A stretch of 62,852 nt of DNA, filler included, from Octopus bimaculoides (GCF_001194135.2; 4 parts of 4 records of this genome joined end to end with filler, not necessarily neighbours in it); one strand, 5' to 3'. Positions 12,156-25,149 are shown, counted from the whole stretch's first letter. The notes: generated from the letters alone by a model not told the origin. Numbers and translations are program-made.

Positions 12156-13545
12156 AGGTGGTGAGCTGGCAGAGTCGTTAGTAATGTGTAGCGGTATTTC
12201 GCCTGTCACTACATTCTGAGTTCAAATTCTGCCGAGGTCAACTTTGCCTTTTGCCCTTTCAGGGTTGATAAATTAAGTACCAGTTGAACACTGGGGTCGA
12301 TATAATCGACTAGTCCCCACCCCACAGATTTGAGGCCTTGTACCTCCAGTAGAAAGGATTATTATTATTATTATTATTATTGTTGTTGTTGTTGTTTTTG
12401 TTATTATTTTCATCATATATGTTGGGTGAAGTTTTGCCTTCTCCACGCATCACATTTCCTTTTCACACTCTTACCTTCTCACTTCCTTCTCTCTGTTCTA
12501 TTCTATGATAACCTAACTATACTTATTTATATACAGATGTGTATATATATATATATATATATATTTATATAAATTAGGATAAGATCGATATTTCAATACC
12601 GATTTTATCAGCATGGGAATAAAAACCATCAAAGGTAATAATTATTTAAAATTTTAATTTATTATATATACAAGTGTGCACACTTGTATATATAATGTAT
12701 GTATCTATATAAAACTGGCTTCCAAATACATTTCACTCATTGAGCATTCATTATCATAATGGCTATTGTGAAAGGTGTTGCACAATGGATTAAACCTGCA
12801 CTATGTTAACAAAAGCAAACTTCTTAACGCAACTTTGTTTGCACTGACCTAAATATGAAGCAATTATCATAATCGTCATTATTAAGGTGGCAAAGCTGGC
12901 AGGCTTGTTAGCATGTCAGACAAAATGCTTTGTGGCATTTCTTCCAGTTCTTTACATTCTGGGTTCAAATTCTGCCAAGGCCAACTTTGTCTGTTATCCT
13001 TTCAGGATCAATTAAGATAAGTACCACTTGAACACAGGGATCAATATAATTCACATATTGCCCCAACATTTTTTGCTGGCCTTGTGCTAAAATTAGAATT
13101 ATTTTATTATTGTAGTAAACTGGCAGACTCATTAAAGCATTTGAATGGGATGCCTTACCATATTGCTTCTGGCCCTTTATGTTCTGAGTTCAAATCCTGC
13201 CAAGGCCAACTTGACATTTCATTCTTTTAGTGTCAATAAAATAAAGTACCAATCTAATACCGGGGTCCATGTTTATCAAGTAACCCTTCACCTCAAAATT
13301 GCTGGCCTACTACCTAAATTAGCACAAGTGGCATGCTAGAGGACTGTTTGAAAAATGTCTTGCTATATTTATTCCCATTCTTTATATTCTGAGTTCAAAT
13401 CCCACCAAGGTCTTCTCTGCCTTTTATCTTTCTGGAGTTGATAGAATAAAGTACCAGTCATGTACTTCAGTTGATAGTATTAGCTAACCCCTCCCTTCTC
13501 TTCAAAACTGTTGGCCTTGTGTCTAAATTAGAAACAATTGTAATT
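11335..13545 (+). mobile_element. Tandem array of about 8 SINE family B copies separated by (ATT)n tails
   Basis: Recurring head aaggtgg(c/t)(a/g)agctggcagaatc(a/g)ttag, B-box-like tgagttcaaat and core aagtaccagtt; units start at about 11335, 11590, 11820 (partial), 11898, 12155, 12885, 13112, 13330. Confidence 0.85.
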
Positions 13546-13769
13546 ATTCATTCATTTATTTGTTTGTAACTGATTAATTAGAAGAGCAGGAGCTATGCAT
13601 GTGATCTTTGCATGTTATTCCATTCTAGTGATTTTGTGGCTGAAGATTCCATTGAACATTCTTCAAGTTAATGTGGGCATGAACATATATGACAAGAGAG
13701 AGAATTCCAAAGGTTTCTGTTGTGAGGGAGGAAGAAGTGAGCAGACACAGTAAGAAATATTGGTTTCAG

Positions 13770-13975
13770 ATTTTAGCACAAGGCTAGAAGTTTCAAGGGC
13801 AGGGGTTAGGCAATTACATCAACCCCAGTGTTCAACTGGTACTTTGCCTTTTATCCCCAAAAGGATGGAAAAGCAAAGTTGATCTCAGTGGAATTTTTGA
13901 GCTCAGAACGTAAAGACAGATGAAATGGTGCTTAGCATTTTGCCTGGTGTGCTAACAATTCTGCCACTTGCAGCT
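13770..13975 (-). mobile_element. SINE family B copy, opposite orientation to the array
   Basis: Reverse complement of the same head and core. Confidence 0.7.
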
Positions 13976-16900
13976 TTCACAGTAAGAAATATTAAAAGAT
14001 GAGAGGCAGGATTTAGAGAGCGTATGAGCTATTGTTGTAGTCAATAAAAGAAAAATAAGCATGTTTGTGAGTTGGTAGTTGTGGTGTAGTATGTTGCTGA
14101 GTATGTCTTTGGTACTCTGGCAAAATTGGTCCAAACTACATTTGAACGTAGATTGCAGAGGGACAAAACTAAATGATGAAAGACATTTTGTTCTTCACAG
14201 TTCTCTTTTAAAATCAGGACAAGTTTTTTTCCTAAGTTACATCACTGTCATCATCAGTTTTTCAAAGTCCACTTTTCTATACTCACATGGGTCAGATTTT
14301 CTACAACTGGCTACCTCTCTTGTCACCAATACTTTCCTGTTTCCAAGCACAGGTGAAAAAAAACTGTTGTGCTGACACAAGATTTATGAAGACTGTTTGC
14401 TAACTTGGTAAACAAGCCAGTTCAGTGTAAGTTTATGTACATAGTACTAAAAACCTGAAATAGTTTATGTACATAATACTATAGACCTGGAATAGTTTTG
14501 TAAAGGCCTTAATAATATTGGATGTGTGCTACTTGATAAGTTTCATATTGAAATTGCTTTTATCTTCAAAATCTCTTTGTGTCTTAGTAATGTTGTTTAT
14601 CAACTTGTGTCCTTGCAATTGTTGTTGCCACTTTTTGTTAGAGTACAGTCTCTGGGTATACAGAAAGACCCTACATTTGTTTGGGCACAATGTCTGGTTA
14701 TATAAAAAAAAATCTGTTTTATAGGGTACTGTCTCTGGGTATACAATATATATTGGTTAGGGTACAATGTCTTGATACACAGATAGAACCTGCCAATGTA
14801 GAATATTCCACTTCCTCGTGCCAGTGAGAGAGAATCTGTATGTGATTGTTCATCCTTCGTGACATGGCAGCCAAATCTCCCTCAAATTCTACCCTGTTAC
14901 TTTGAAAAAAATAAAGTACACATTAGGTAATCTAGTCCTTGATACCCATACAGATGGTTATGGCTAGAATATTCTAGATCAGTCCATAGATCTGTTGAAT
15001 CTCTATCTGAATAACAACTTTAGTTCTTATGCAAGGAACAATCAGAGAGCAGAGAGAAATTTTAGATTTCAGAGCAAGGTTATTAGATGTTCTTGAATGC
15101 AAGCTTCTTCCTGAAGGGTTTGGTTCCATCCCTTTTACAATGCAATTTTGTTCATTATATCATTTTAATTTTTAAAAAAATATTTTAAATGAAAATATCA
15201 CATAGATGATATAATATTTCATTTTTTTTATCTGTTTCTGTGATGTCTTTACTCATGCAACCTGTCTTCAGTTATTGTATTTTATAACTTTGAGAAACCT
15301 TCTTTCTTTTACATTTTTACATCTAATTTTATAGCTATAAAAATGGCAGTAAGCTAGTAGAACTCTACTAGCTCTTTGCATTCTGAGTCAAATCTGACCA
15401 AAGTCTACTTTCAGCATCAGTAAAATGAAGTACTAGTCAAGTATTGGAGGTCAATGTAATCCACTTACCCCTCCCCTCAAAATTGCTGGGCATGTAGCAA
15501 AATTAATGAAGATGTAAAGTACCCTACTCATGCATGCTTGTATGAATAGGGTACTTTGTGTTGGAAGAATTTTTCTTACATGTGAATTCCCTATTTTATC
15601 AATAAACAACACTGCAACCATTTTTAAAATTTTATTTTATTTCTTATTTAATTTAATTCGTATCTAAATCCTATTATTTTATTGAAGTCATATTTTATTT
15701 AAGTCAAAAATTCCACCCAAGGGCATTTTAACTCAATACTTACACACTACTGTTTATAGCAGACATGGACAACTATTTCAAGAAGCATGCCACATGAGAC
15801 ATGTTTCATCATCTGGCGAGCTGCACTATCAAAAGAATTTAAAGGAACATGGCTGGCATCCGTGCTAGTGGAGCGCTAAGAGCACCATCCAAGCGTGATC
15901 GTTACCAGCATCTGAAACAAATGACTGAAATAAGTAAAAGTATAAAATAATACACAATAGTTTACACAATTCCTATTAATATTTAATTATAAAAATATAA
16001 TAGGATTTTTTTAAACATTAAATTGCTATAGGGGTCCAGTAGAGAAAAAATATGAACCAAAGGGATCCATAAGCAAAAAAGGGTTGAGAATCATTGATTC
16101 AAAGGCTAAAGGGATTGCTGAATAATGCTATAAAACACACATACATATATGTGTATACACACATACACATTTGTATATGTATTCAAACATGCACTTAAAT
16201 TCTTTTTTATTGTTTATTTATGTATGTGATTGGTAATCAATTGTGTAAATCATTCTTGTTATGAATTATGCAACGGTTATGCTTCATGTATATTACATGT
16301 CCAGACCAGTTCAGTCTTCTCTCTTTCGCACTTCATAGTCAACTATTTATTTATCTGGTTTTGTTGGGGAACAAATTGATACTAGTGTTTGATATGTACT
16401 TTATTGATATGGTAAAGATTAAGGGCAAAGTTAACCATGACAAGATTTTAACTCAAAATATGATTTTTACCACCCATCATTCTTGTCATCCTGTTTTCTC
16501 TCTTAATAAATAATGTCTTGTCCTGAGCAAGGATCATCATCATAATCCTTATCATCATCATTTTGTACAAACTTTTCCAGTATCTCACCAATTGTTGTGG
16601 TCCTTTATTATTTCCTTTCTGGAGTTCAGCCACTTGAAATCAATCTTCACCACTTCTACTCAAGTCTTCCTCATTCTTCTTCTGTTGGTTTGTTTTCATA
16701 CGGACTGCTTGGAACTCTTTTTATCCAACCCACCCTTTATTTTCCACACATAGCACATACCTGTATCAGCTCAAGTCATCTTTCACACTGCTTCTTATTC
16801 ATTATGTACTTAGTTTTTCTCTACCCCCCCCCCTGTTTGTGCTCTGTCATTCAAGTACATTAATGTTATTCATTCAATGTAGCTTGCTTATTTTATTTCT

Positions 16901-17327
16901 TTCCAAATTTTGCACATCCTTCACATTAAATGTCCTCATTTTGCAACACCCACACCCTTAATTTAGTTACCTAGGTAATGGAGCTATCAATTACTAATGA
17001 GCATTCTGAGCATTTGAAAAACTTCATTTTACAAGTGCTCTTCAGTGTTAACTGCTCATGTGCATCTGCTGCATATTAATTCCTTGTAACACAAATGCAT
17101 TTCTAATGTAACCATAGTTTACATTGGGTACACATTATAGATTTCTTTTTTATAGATCTCCTTTTTATTTCTTTAATGCATATGAGCTTGACCACTTCCC
17201 AAATGGTAGTGGAGTCCTGTCTTCTTTTCCGCCAACTTTTATCATTGTTTGGTTTACTGTGATGTGAGACTCAGAAACATGAGTTGTTTTGCATTGCAAA
17301 ATAGTGTGTCATCATGAATCAGAACTT

Positions 17328-17585
17328 CATCGTCGTTTAACGTCTGCCTTCCATGCTAGCATGAGTTGGACGATTTGACTGAGGACTGGCGAACCAGGCT
17401 CCAATCTGATCTGGCAGAGTTTCTACAGCTGGATGCCCTTCCTAACGCCAACTACTCCAAGAGTGTAGTGGGTGCTTTTACATGCCACCGGCACGAAGGC
17501 CAGTCAGGCGGTACTGGCAACGGCCATGCTCAAAATGGTGTTTTTTACGTGCCACCTGCACAGGAGCCAGTCCAGCAGCACTGGA
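17328..17585 (-). mobile_element. RTE LINE 3' UTR copy
   Basis: Near identical to 8505-8760. Confidence 0.8.
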
Positions 17586-17959
17586 GAAGTGTGTATGTAA
17601 AGATAGAGGTGCGTTTATCTTCTGTGAAGCCAAGAAGAAAGAGTACAGAGCTGCTTTTATGGAGAGATGCTAAATGGGGAGAATGCTTGGGAAAGAAGGG
17701 GACTATACCAAGAAAACTCAACAGAGAGACCAGCTATTGAAACTGAAATTTATAGCTATATAGTCAATATGGAAAGACATGAAGGAGAAGAATTAGATGG
17801 GAAAGGGACATGGGAAAGAGAGATGGTATTCGGCATCTGAAAAGAAGGTTTCATTGATTGCTTGATAACAGACATGCCACATCAGTTGTTCTCACTCTAA
17901 CCTATAATCATTCAAACATGTTAGAATCGTTGCCCCTATTGGGGGTGAATGTAATATAA

Positions 17960-18009
<50 letters not shown>

Positions 18010-18565
18010 TATAGGTGGTTTGTTAATTTACTAATATTTTACTAAGTAACATATCACCTTTTGGTGCATGCAGTAGTGTGAGCGATCGTTGGTGGTGCGG
18101 AAGGAGGGATAAAAATATGCAAGTTTTCAGGTACAGAAGCGAAGTAGAGTCCTGTAGTAGTTTTCAGTATTGAGGATAGATTTCCGGTATAGGTGGTGAA
18201 GATGGGATCGGTATAGCTGTTAGGGTGAGGTGAGGTGGGCGCACCACGATCAAGCAATGGTCATTTTTACTAGAGAGCAATGACAAAAACATTATGAAAC
18301 GGAGAGAAAACTAATGTTTTAGGGAATAATAATACTTGTTAGTATTACGGATTAGAAGAATGACTGAAGCGATTAAAACGGATCTTTTTGGTTTGACGGG
18401 CAACACTTGTTTTCTTAACGAAACACTTTCAAACTTGGGATACTGGTAGAATGTGTCATATAAAACATCTTTTTCTCTTAGCCTTCTTAATAAAAATTAG
18501 TTCTTAATAAGTTATTTCATTTTAAAGTTGTCGTATTTGTGTAATTTCAACCAATCACTGACGTC

Positions 18566-19526
18566 TGTAGTGAAACCACCTCTCTCACGGTTATATATTA
18601 ACAAATGCGAGCGTAGCAGGAAACAACTCTTTCCCGCCTTGCTGTGTCATCACCTGACTGACTTTTATTTTCGCGGCATTTGCCTCCAGTCCGTTCGCCA
18701 GGACGCAAACCGACCAACCGTAGCCACTAATAAGGTCACGTGAGAGAGTGTTTTTTCTGATGCTCTCTGGAGCCTCTCTGTACCTATAAATAGCCTAAAT
18801 TATCCGCGCCAGTTCGTCGCGGCTCAGATCCTTACACATCTGGTCGTTGACCACACACGTAACACAGCCAGCCAGTTCCAGCGGCGACATCAACAGCATC
18901 GTTCAACTACGTACTACCAGCAGCGTCAACACGACTCTACGTACACAAGCTACCAAACAGCCACCGCAGCTTCTCTTCTCAACCCTGTTTGTGTGAATTG
19001 TTCACCACGAAATTAACAGCCAGAACTCAACCTGCGAAGAACATCTGTATCAAGAATCCGGCCCAGCATCGAAGCCTCAACATCACGACAAGTGACTTAG
19101 CTCTGCCCCAACGCCTTAACCTCTTATATACAGACCTTCTAACTACTGTGTACCTTAACAGAACTGGTATCTTATGATCCTGTGTTACAGACTCTTTCTA
19201 TGCTTTGTATCTCTTACATTCACATACATATATTTGTACACATACACTATTTTGTTTACATGACGGCCTGTCTTATATTGTGTTTTATTATGTCGCATTC
19301 ACACACACACAGACATACAGTTTAATGCTCTAATAAATCTTACTGTTATTCATCTTTATCGGTTGCGTTTCTATCTTTTATCTTATTGGCAAACTTCTTA
19401 GTTCTCTATGTTATAGTATTATAACATATATCATTGTATTTTGTGTCGACCGTGTGACGCGTTTAAAAAGGAGCCTGTTTTCCATTCGTCACCATTTCTC
19501 CTTTGGTTCGCACGGTCGTTCTTACA
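18566..19526 (+). mobile_element. Solo LTR (961 bp, TGTA...TACA) with 4-bp TSD CGTC
   Basis: CGTC at 18562-18565 and 19527-19530; TATAAATA 18785-18792; AATAAA 19332-19337; removing it restores homology with the opposite arm of the host element. Confidence 0.85.
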
Positions 19527-19641
19527 CGTCTATTTAGCTGAATATAGTTACTGCCGTAAGAATGTAAACACATATTCTAACGGTGTTAGAATAAAATTAG
19601 TGCCGTTTTCGGCGGTAGTTATTTATAACATCATTCGTGCG

Positions 19642-19772
19642 TTTGGGTTAGGGTTCGGGTTTTAGGGTTAGAGTTGGGGTTAGGGTTAGGGTTATGAGAA
19701 AGGTTATGGCAAAAATAATCATAACCCTAAAACTAACCTTAACTCTAAAACCCGAACCCTAACCCTAAAACC
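19642..19772. repeat. Degenerate (TTAGGG)n then (CCCTAA)n telomere-like tracts at the fold-back centre
   Basis: gggttagggttcgggttttagggttagagttggggttagggttagggtt, short loop, then aaccctaaaactaaccttaactctaaaacccgaaccctaaccctaa. Confidence 0.85.
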
Positions 19773-20324
19773 ATAAAGCTAAAACCAGTACAAACACATG
19801 AACGATGTCATAAATAACAGTAACACGGATAGTTGTTGACAAACAACGGCACTAATTTTATTCAAGGGAAAAGATCTCGTAACACCGTTAGAAAATGTTG
19901 TTTACATTCTTACGGCAGTAATTGTTTTCACCTCAATAGACGTCAGTGATTGGTTGAAATTACCGAAATACGACAACTTTTTACATGAAATAACTTCGAA
20001 AACAAATTTTTTTATCTGTTCTATAATACAAAATATACAAGTATACGAAGTTTGAAAGTGTTTCGGTACCAAAAACACTACATAAAACATTAATGGAAAA
20101 TGTTGCCCGTCAAACCAAAAAGATCCCATGTTAGTATTACAGCTTAGATAAATGAATGAATGAATGAATCGATTAAAATGAGAGAAAAAATTTTAACTTA
20201 GCAGTGCATATAGCAAATGCCAACAACAACAGTGGATTGAGCAACATGAAAGTCTGAGAGAAGACCATGTACTAAAGCTCCTATATGTGTGTGTGTGTGT
20301 GTAAATAAGTAATAATTCATATAG

Positions 20325-20357
<33 letters not shown>

Positions 20358-20367
20358 NNNNNNNNNN

Positions 20368-20412
<45 letters not shown>

Positions 20413-23300
20413 AATGAATAATAATTCATATATATATATATATATATGATTGACGATTTAAAGTCTATTCTCAGCACATTGGCATAGAAATCTTTTTTCT
20501 TTTGCCCTTGTTTATAATCGCTTATAATTTTCACCTTTAAAGGTATTTTAATATGCTGGCCGCTTTGATGGAATTTTGGGGAAAAGAATTTTATCCTATA
20601 TTAGAAGTAAATCTATTACCATTCACTTCGGGACTGGTAACCACTCTAAGTTGTGGTTCGTGACCGGTCACACGTGTGCTGAGGCTTGCTAAAGGATTTT
20701 GTATTTAGATATGACTGGGGTATTTATATATACTCATGACTCTTGTTTCTGCTTTTTTTCCATGGGTGCTTGTAGGTATTTCATTTATTTCTTATCGTAT
20801 TCTCTACTGAAGAGGGAAAAATCTGTTGGATTAATCCCAAAATTTATTCAATATAGAGATAACGCATTTAAAAAAAAATCAGTTAGCTTGCCTTCCTCGA
20901 TTTCAGCACGACGTATATTCATGGTGAATGTATATTGTATGTGGTGATTGACGATTTAAAGTCTATTCTCAGCATATTGGCGTAGAAATCTTTTTTTCTT
21001 TTACCCTTGTTTATAATTGTGGGAAGGACTGTTTCAACGAAGTCGCGTATTGTCCTTGCCTTCGAAACGTGGAGTCGATGAAACAGGGACAACTGACGAA
21101 GGGGTATACTCTTTACGTTGCATGTCTCGTTTCTCTGTTTCTTTTTTTTTTTTTTTTTCATTGTTCGAAAAAAAGTTCGTTTTCTATGTTTTTGTTTTAT
21201 GTTTTCGTTTCGCATTGTGTTCAATGTTTTTTTTTTATATCCTGTACCCATATATGCATGCATATATACATATATATGTAGGTATGTACATATATGTATG
21301 AATATATACATATATTTATGATCGAACGCCACGCATCCTTTTCCAAGTAAGTTNNNNNNNNNNNNNNNNNNNNNNNNNNNNNNNNNNNNNNNNNNNNNNN
21401 NNNNNNNNNNNNNNNNNNNNNNNNNNNNNNNNNNNNNNNNNNNNNNNNNNNNNNNNNNNNNNNNNNNNNNNNNNNNNNNNNNNNNNNNNNNNNNNNNNNN
21501 NNNNNNNNNNNNNNNNNNNNNNNNNNNNNNNNNNNNNNNNNNNNNNNNNNNNNNNNNNNNNNNNNNNNNNNNNNNNNNNNNNNNNNNNNNNNNNNNNNNN
21601 NNNNNNNNNNNNNNNNNNNNNNNNNNNNNNNNNNNNNNNNNNNNNNNNNNNNNNNNNNNNNNNNNNNNNNNNNNNNNNNNNNNNNNNNNNNNNNNNNNNN
21701 NNNNNNNNNNNNNNNNNNNNNNNNNNNNNNNNNNNNNNNNNNNNNNNNNNNNNNNNNNNNNNNNNNNNNNNNNNNNNNNNNNNNNNNNNNNNNNNNNNNN
21801 NNNNNNNNNNNNNNNNNNNNNNNNNNNNNNNNNNNNNNNNNNNNNNNNNNNNNNNNNNNNNNNNNNNNNNNNNNNNNNNNNNNNNNNNNNNNNNNNNNNN
21901 NNNNNNNNNNNNNNNNNNNNNNNNNNNNNNNNNNNNNNNNNNNNNNNNNNNNNNNNNNNNNNNNNNNNNNNNNNNNNNNNNNNNNNNNNNNNNNNNNNNN
22001 NNNNNNNNNNNNNNNNNNNNNNNNNNNNNNNNNNNNNTATATATATATATATATGAAATAGCAACACACCTGTTTTTGTTCTCATTCTTTCTCTCTCTCT
22101 CACTCTTTGAGTGGTTAACCACATGTCTCCTCTACAGCAAAATGCCTGTTTCTATCCTTCTGTCACACTCTAACCTCTCATCATCAGGCACGAGGCCACC
22201 TCCTTCACACACACACACACACGCACACATACACATGAACTCATATGTATATAGAGGTCAAAACAAAAGCAAGGAAAAATAAATGCAGTGTTTTCAAATA
22301 AAATTCCTCTGTTGTATTTCTTCTTCACTGAGACACAAACGTTCCCTTATCATTCTAACAGAAATACAAGAGCCAGTAATGACTTCCTTAGAAACATCCA
22401 ATGGTGCTTTTGTTCAGCAATTCTGATCTAAACAAATCACATGCAGACACACCCGTCCCTTCTTCAGTTTGTGAAACACTCCACTTTCTTCCTGCCTTTG
22501 ACGCCTGCCCTTGTTTTCAACAAGTTTCAAGTGGTTGCTGCCTTAACAACTGGTCACTTACTCATGCCAACACAATAAATCTACAGTCAGTAACAGCTTT
22601 TCATGATGTTCCACACTTGATTACTTGTTATATTTACCAATGGCCCATACATATATTTTTTTGTAATATATATATATATCTTATTTATTACCGGCATAAT
22701 GCCTCTCCCAAGGTTTAATTGTATATATATATTACCGGGCTTACAAAGGTTAAGTTCTGAGGTTGATTTCTTTGACTGAAAAGGTGGTGCTCCAGCATGG
22801 CCACAGTCAAATTATTGAAACAAGCAAAAGAATATATATATATATANNNNNNNNNNNNNNNNNNNNNNNNNNNNNNNNNNNNNNNNNNNNNNNNNNNNNN
22901 NNNNNNNNNNNNNNNNNNNNNNNNNNNNNNNNNNNNNNNNNNNNNNNNNNNNNNNNNNNNNNNNNNNNNNNNNNNNNNNNNNNNNNNNNNNNNNNNNNNN
23001 NNNNNNNNNNNNNNNNNNNNNNNNNNNNNNNNNNNNNNNNNNNNNNNNNNNNNNNNNNNNNNNNNNNNNNNNNNNNNNNNNNNNNNNNNNNNNNNNNNNN
23101 NNNNNNNNNNNNNNNNNNNNNNNNNNNNNNNNNNNNNNNNNNNNNNNNNNNNNNNNNNNNNNNNNNNNNNNNNNNNNNNNNNNNNNNNNNNNNNNNNNNN
23201 NNNNNNNNNNNNNNNNNNNNNNNNNNNNNNNNNNNNNNNNNNNNNNNNNNNNNNNNNNNNNNNNNNNNNNNNNNNNNNNNNNNNNNNNNNNNNNNNNNNN

Positions 23301-23590
23301 CACACACACACTTCTCACCAACACTACACACTCACACAGACACGCATACAATCACACACACATGGGCATAAACAACACACGCATATACAATAGCAAACGC
23401 ACGCACACACACACGTACACAGCCACGCACATACACACAACATACACATACACACAAACACACGCACGCACGGAAAACATACACATACACACACGCGCAC
23501 ATACAAAATACACACACACGTACACGTACCTAACACCTACAACCCCACACAAACACGAACACACACACACTCAAATAACCACCTGTTGAC
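23301..23590. repeat. Degenerate (CA)n-rich tract
   Basis: Seen directly. Confidence 0.85.
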
Positions 23591-25149
23591 CTTCTACCTA
23601 CACTGTCTATAGCGTCCACTNNNNNNNNNNNNNNNNNNNNNNNNNNNNNNNNNNNNNNNNNNNNNNNNNNNNNNNNNNNNNNNNNNNNNNNNNNNNNNNN
23701 NNNNNNNNNNNNNNNNNNNNNNNNNNNNNNNNNNNNNNNNNNNNNNNNNNNNNNNNNNNNNNNNNNNNNNNNNNNNNNNNNNNNNNNNNNNNNNNNNNNN
23801 NNNNNNNNNNNNNNNNNNNNNNNNNNNNNNNNNNNNNNNNNNNNNNNNNNNNNNNNNNNNNNNNNNNNNNNNNNNNNNNNNNNNNNNNNNNNNNNNNNNN
23901 NNNNNNNNNNNNNNNNNNNNNNNNNNNNNNNNNNNNNNNNNNNNNNNNNNNNNNNNNNNNNNNNNNNNNNNNNNNNNNNNNNNNNNNNNNNNNNNNNNNN
24001 NNNNNNNNNNNNNNNNNNNNNNNNNNNNNNNNNNNNNNNNNNNNNNNNNNNNNNNNNNNNNNNNNNNNNNNNNNNNNNNNNNNNNNNNNNNNNNNNNNNN
24101 NNNNNNNNNNNNNNNNNNNNNNNNNNNNNNNNNNNNNNNNNNNNNNNNNNNNNNNNNNNNNNNNNNNNNNNNNNNNNNNNNNNNNNNNNNNNNNNNNNNN
24201 NNNNNNNNNNNNNNNNNNNNNNNNNNNNNNNNNNNNNNNNNNNNNNNNNNNNNNNNNNNNNNNNNNNNNNNNNNNNNNNNNNNNNNNNNNNNNNNNNNNN
24301 NNNNNNNNNNNNNNNNNNNNNNNNNNNNNNNNNNNNNNNNNNNNNNNNNNNNNNNNNNNNNNNNNNNNNNNNNNNNNNNNNNNNNNNNNNNNNNNNNNNN
24401 NNNNNNNNNNNNNNNNNNNNNNNNNNNNNNNNNNNNNNNNNNNNNNNNNNNNNNNNNNNNNNTATATATATATATATATCCGTTGCCCAAAACAGTTCTA
24501 GTTCTTACAAAGATAGACTCAACACTACATAAACGTGTTCCTATATCTCTTTTTCCCTCTTTCACAATCTTTTTATGAATATCCGATCGAGTTTATCCAA
24601 CACAAGCTCTCTGTAGTTTCGCTGTAATATTCTTTTGTTAATACCTTTTTTGATGTTTTCTTCATCTTTTGCACTGAGGAGAATGGTAATACGTAATTAA
24701 ATTAATTTTATTATTATTATAATTAATTTGATTTTTCCATGTTTCTCACATGCTGGTATTATCATTTGAAACGAACGTATGCATGGATTAAAACTTTACA
24801 AAAACTTTTAACATCCTCTCTTTTAACTGTTTTTTAACTGTTAGCTGAGTTTATATAGGATTATATCCTGTTAATGCTCATGACACATTTTTTACTTGTT
24901 ATATTTTCATATTCTAAATACTTGCAATAGCAAGCTACTTCTTTGATATAAAGAATCTTTATTAGATATCTAACTTTTCGGACCCCACAAAAAGTTCAAA
25001 ATGTTCTGCTTGCACTAAACCTTTCTCATATATATATATATATGTATGTGCGTGTGTATGTATGTGTGTGTATATGTGTATGTATGTATGTGTGTGTATG
25101 TATGTGTGCATATATATATATGTGTGTGTGTGTGAGGACAAATAGATAT

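Larger units (their letters stand above)
18380..20126. mobile_element. Fold-back/MITE-like non-autonomous element (about 780 bp once the nested LTR is removed) with perfect 26-bp terminal inverted repeats
   Basis: GGATCTTTTTGGTTTGACGGGCAACA at 18380-18405 is the reverse complement of 20101-20126. Internal inverted blocks: 18421-18436/20048-20063, about 18524-18565/19939-19980, 19548-19570/19899-19921. Confidence 0.8.

Noticed and set aside
11335-13545. Repeat-spacer-like array resembling CRISPR
   Set aside because: Units are about 220-bp diverged SINEs with ATT tails in a eukaryotic context; no short identical repeats or cas genes
20280-20446. Similar flanks either side of the 10-N gap
   Set aside because: Likely contig-end overlap or haplotype effect within (TA)n/(GT)n repeats
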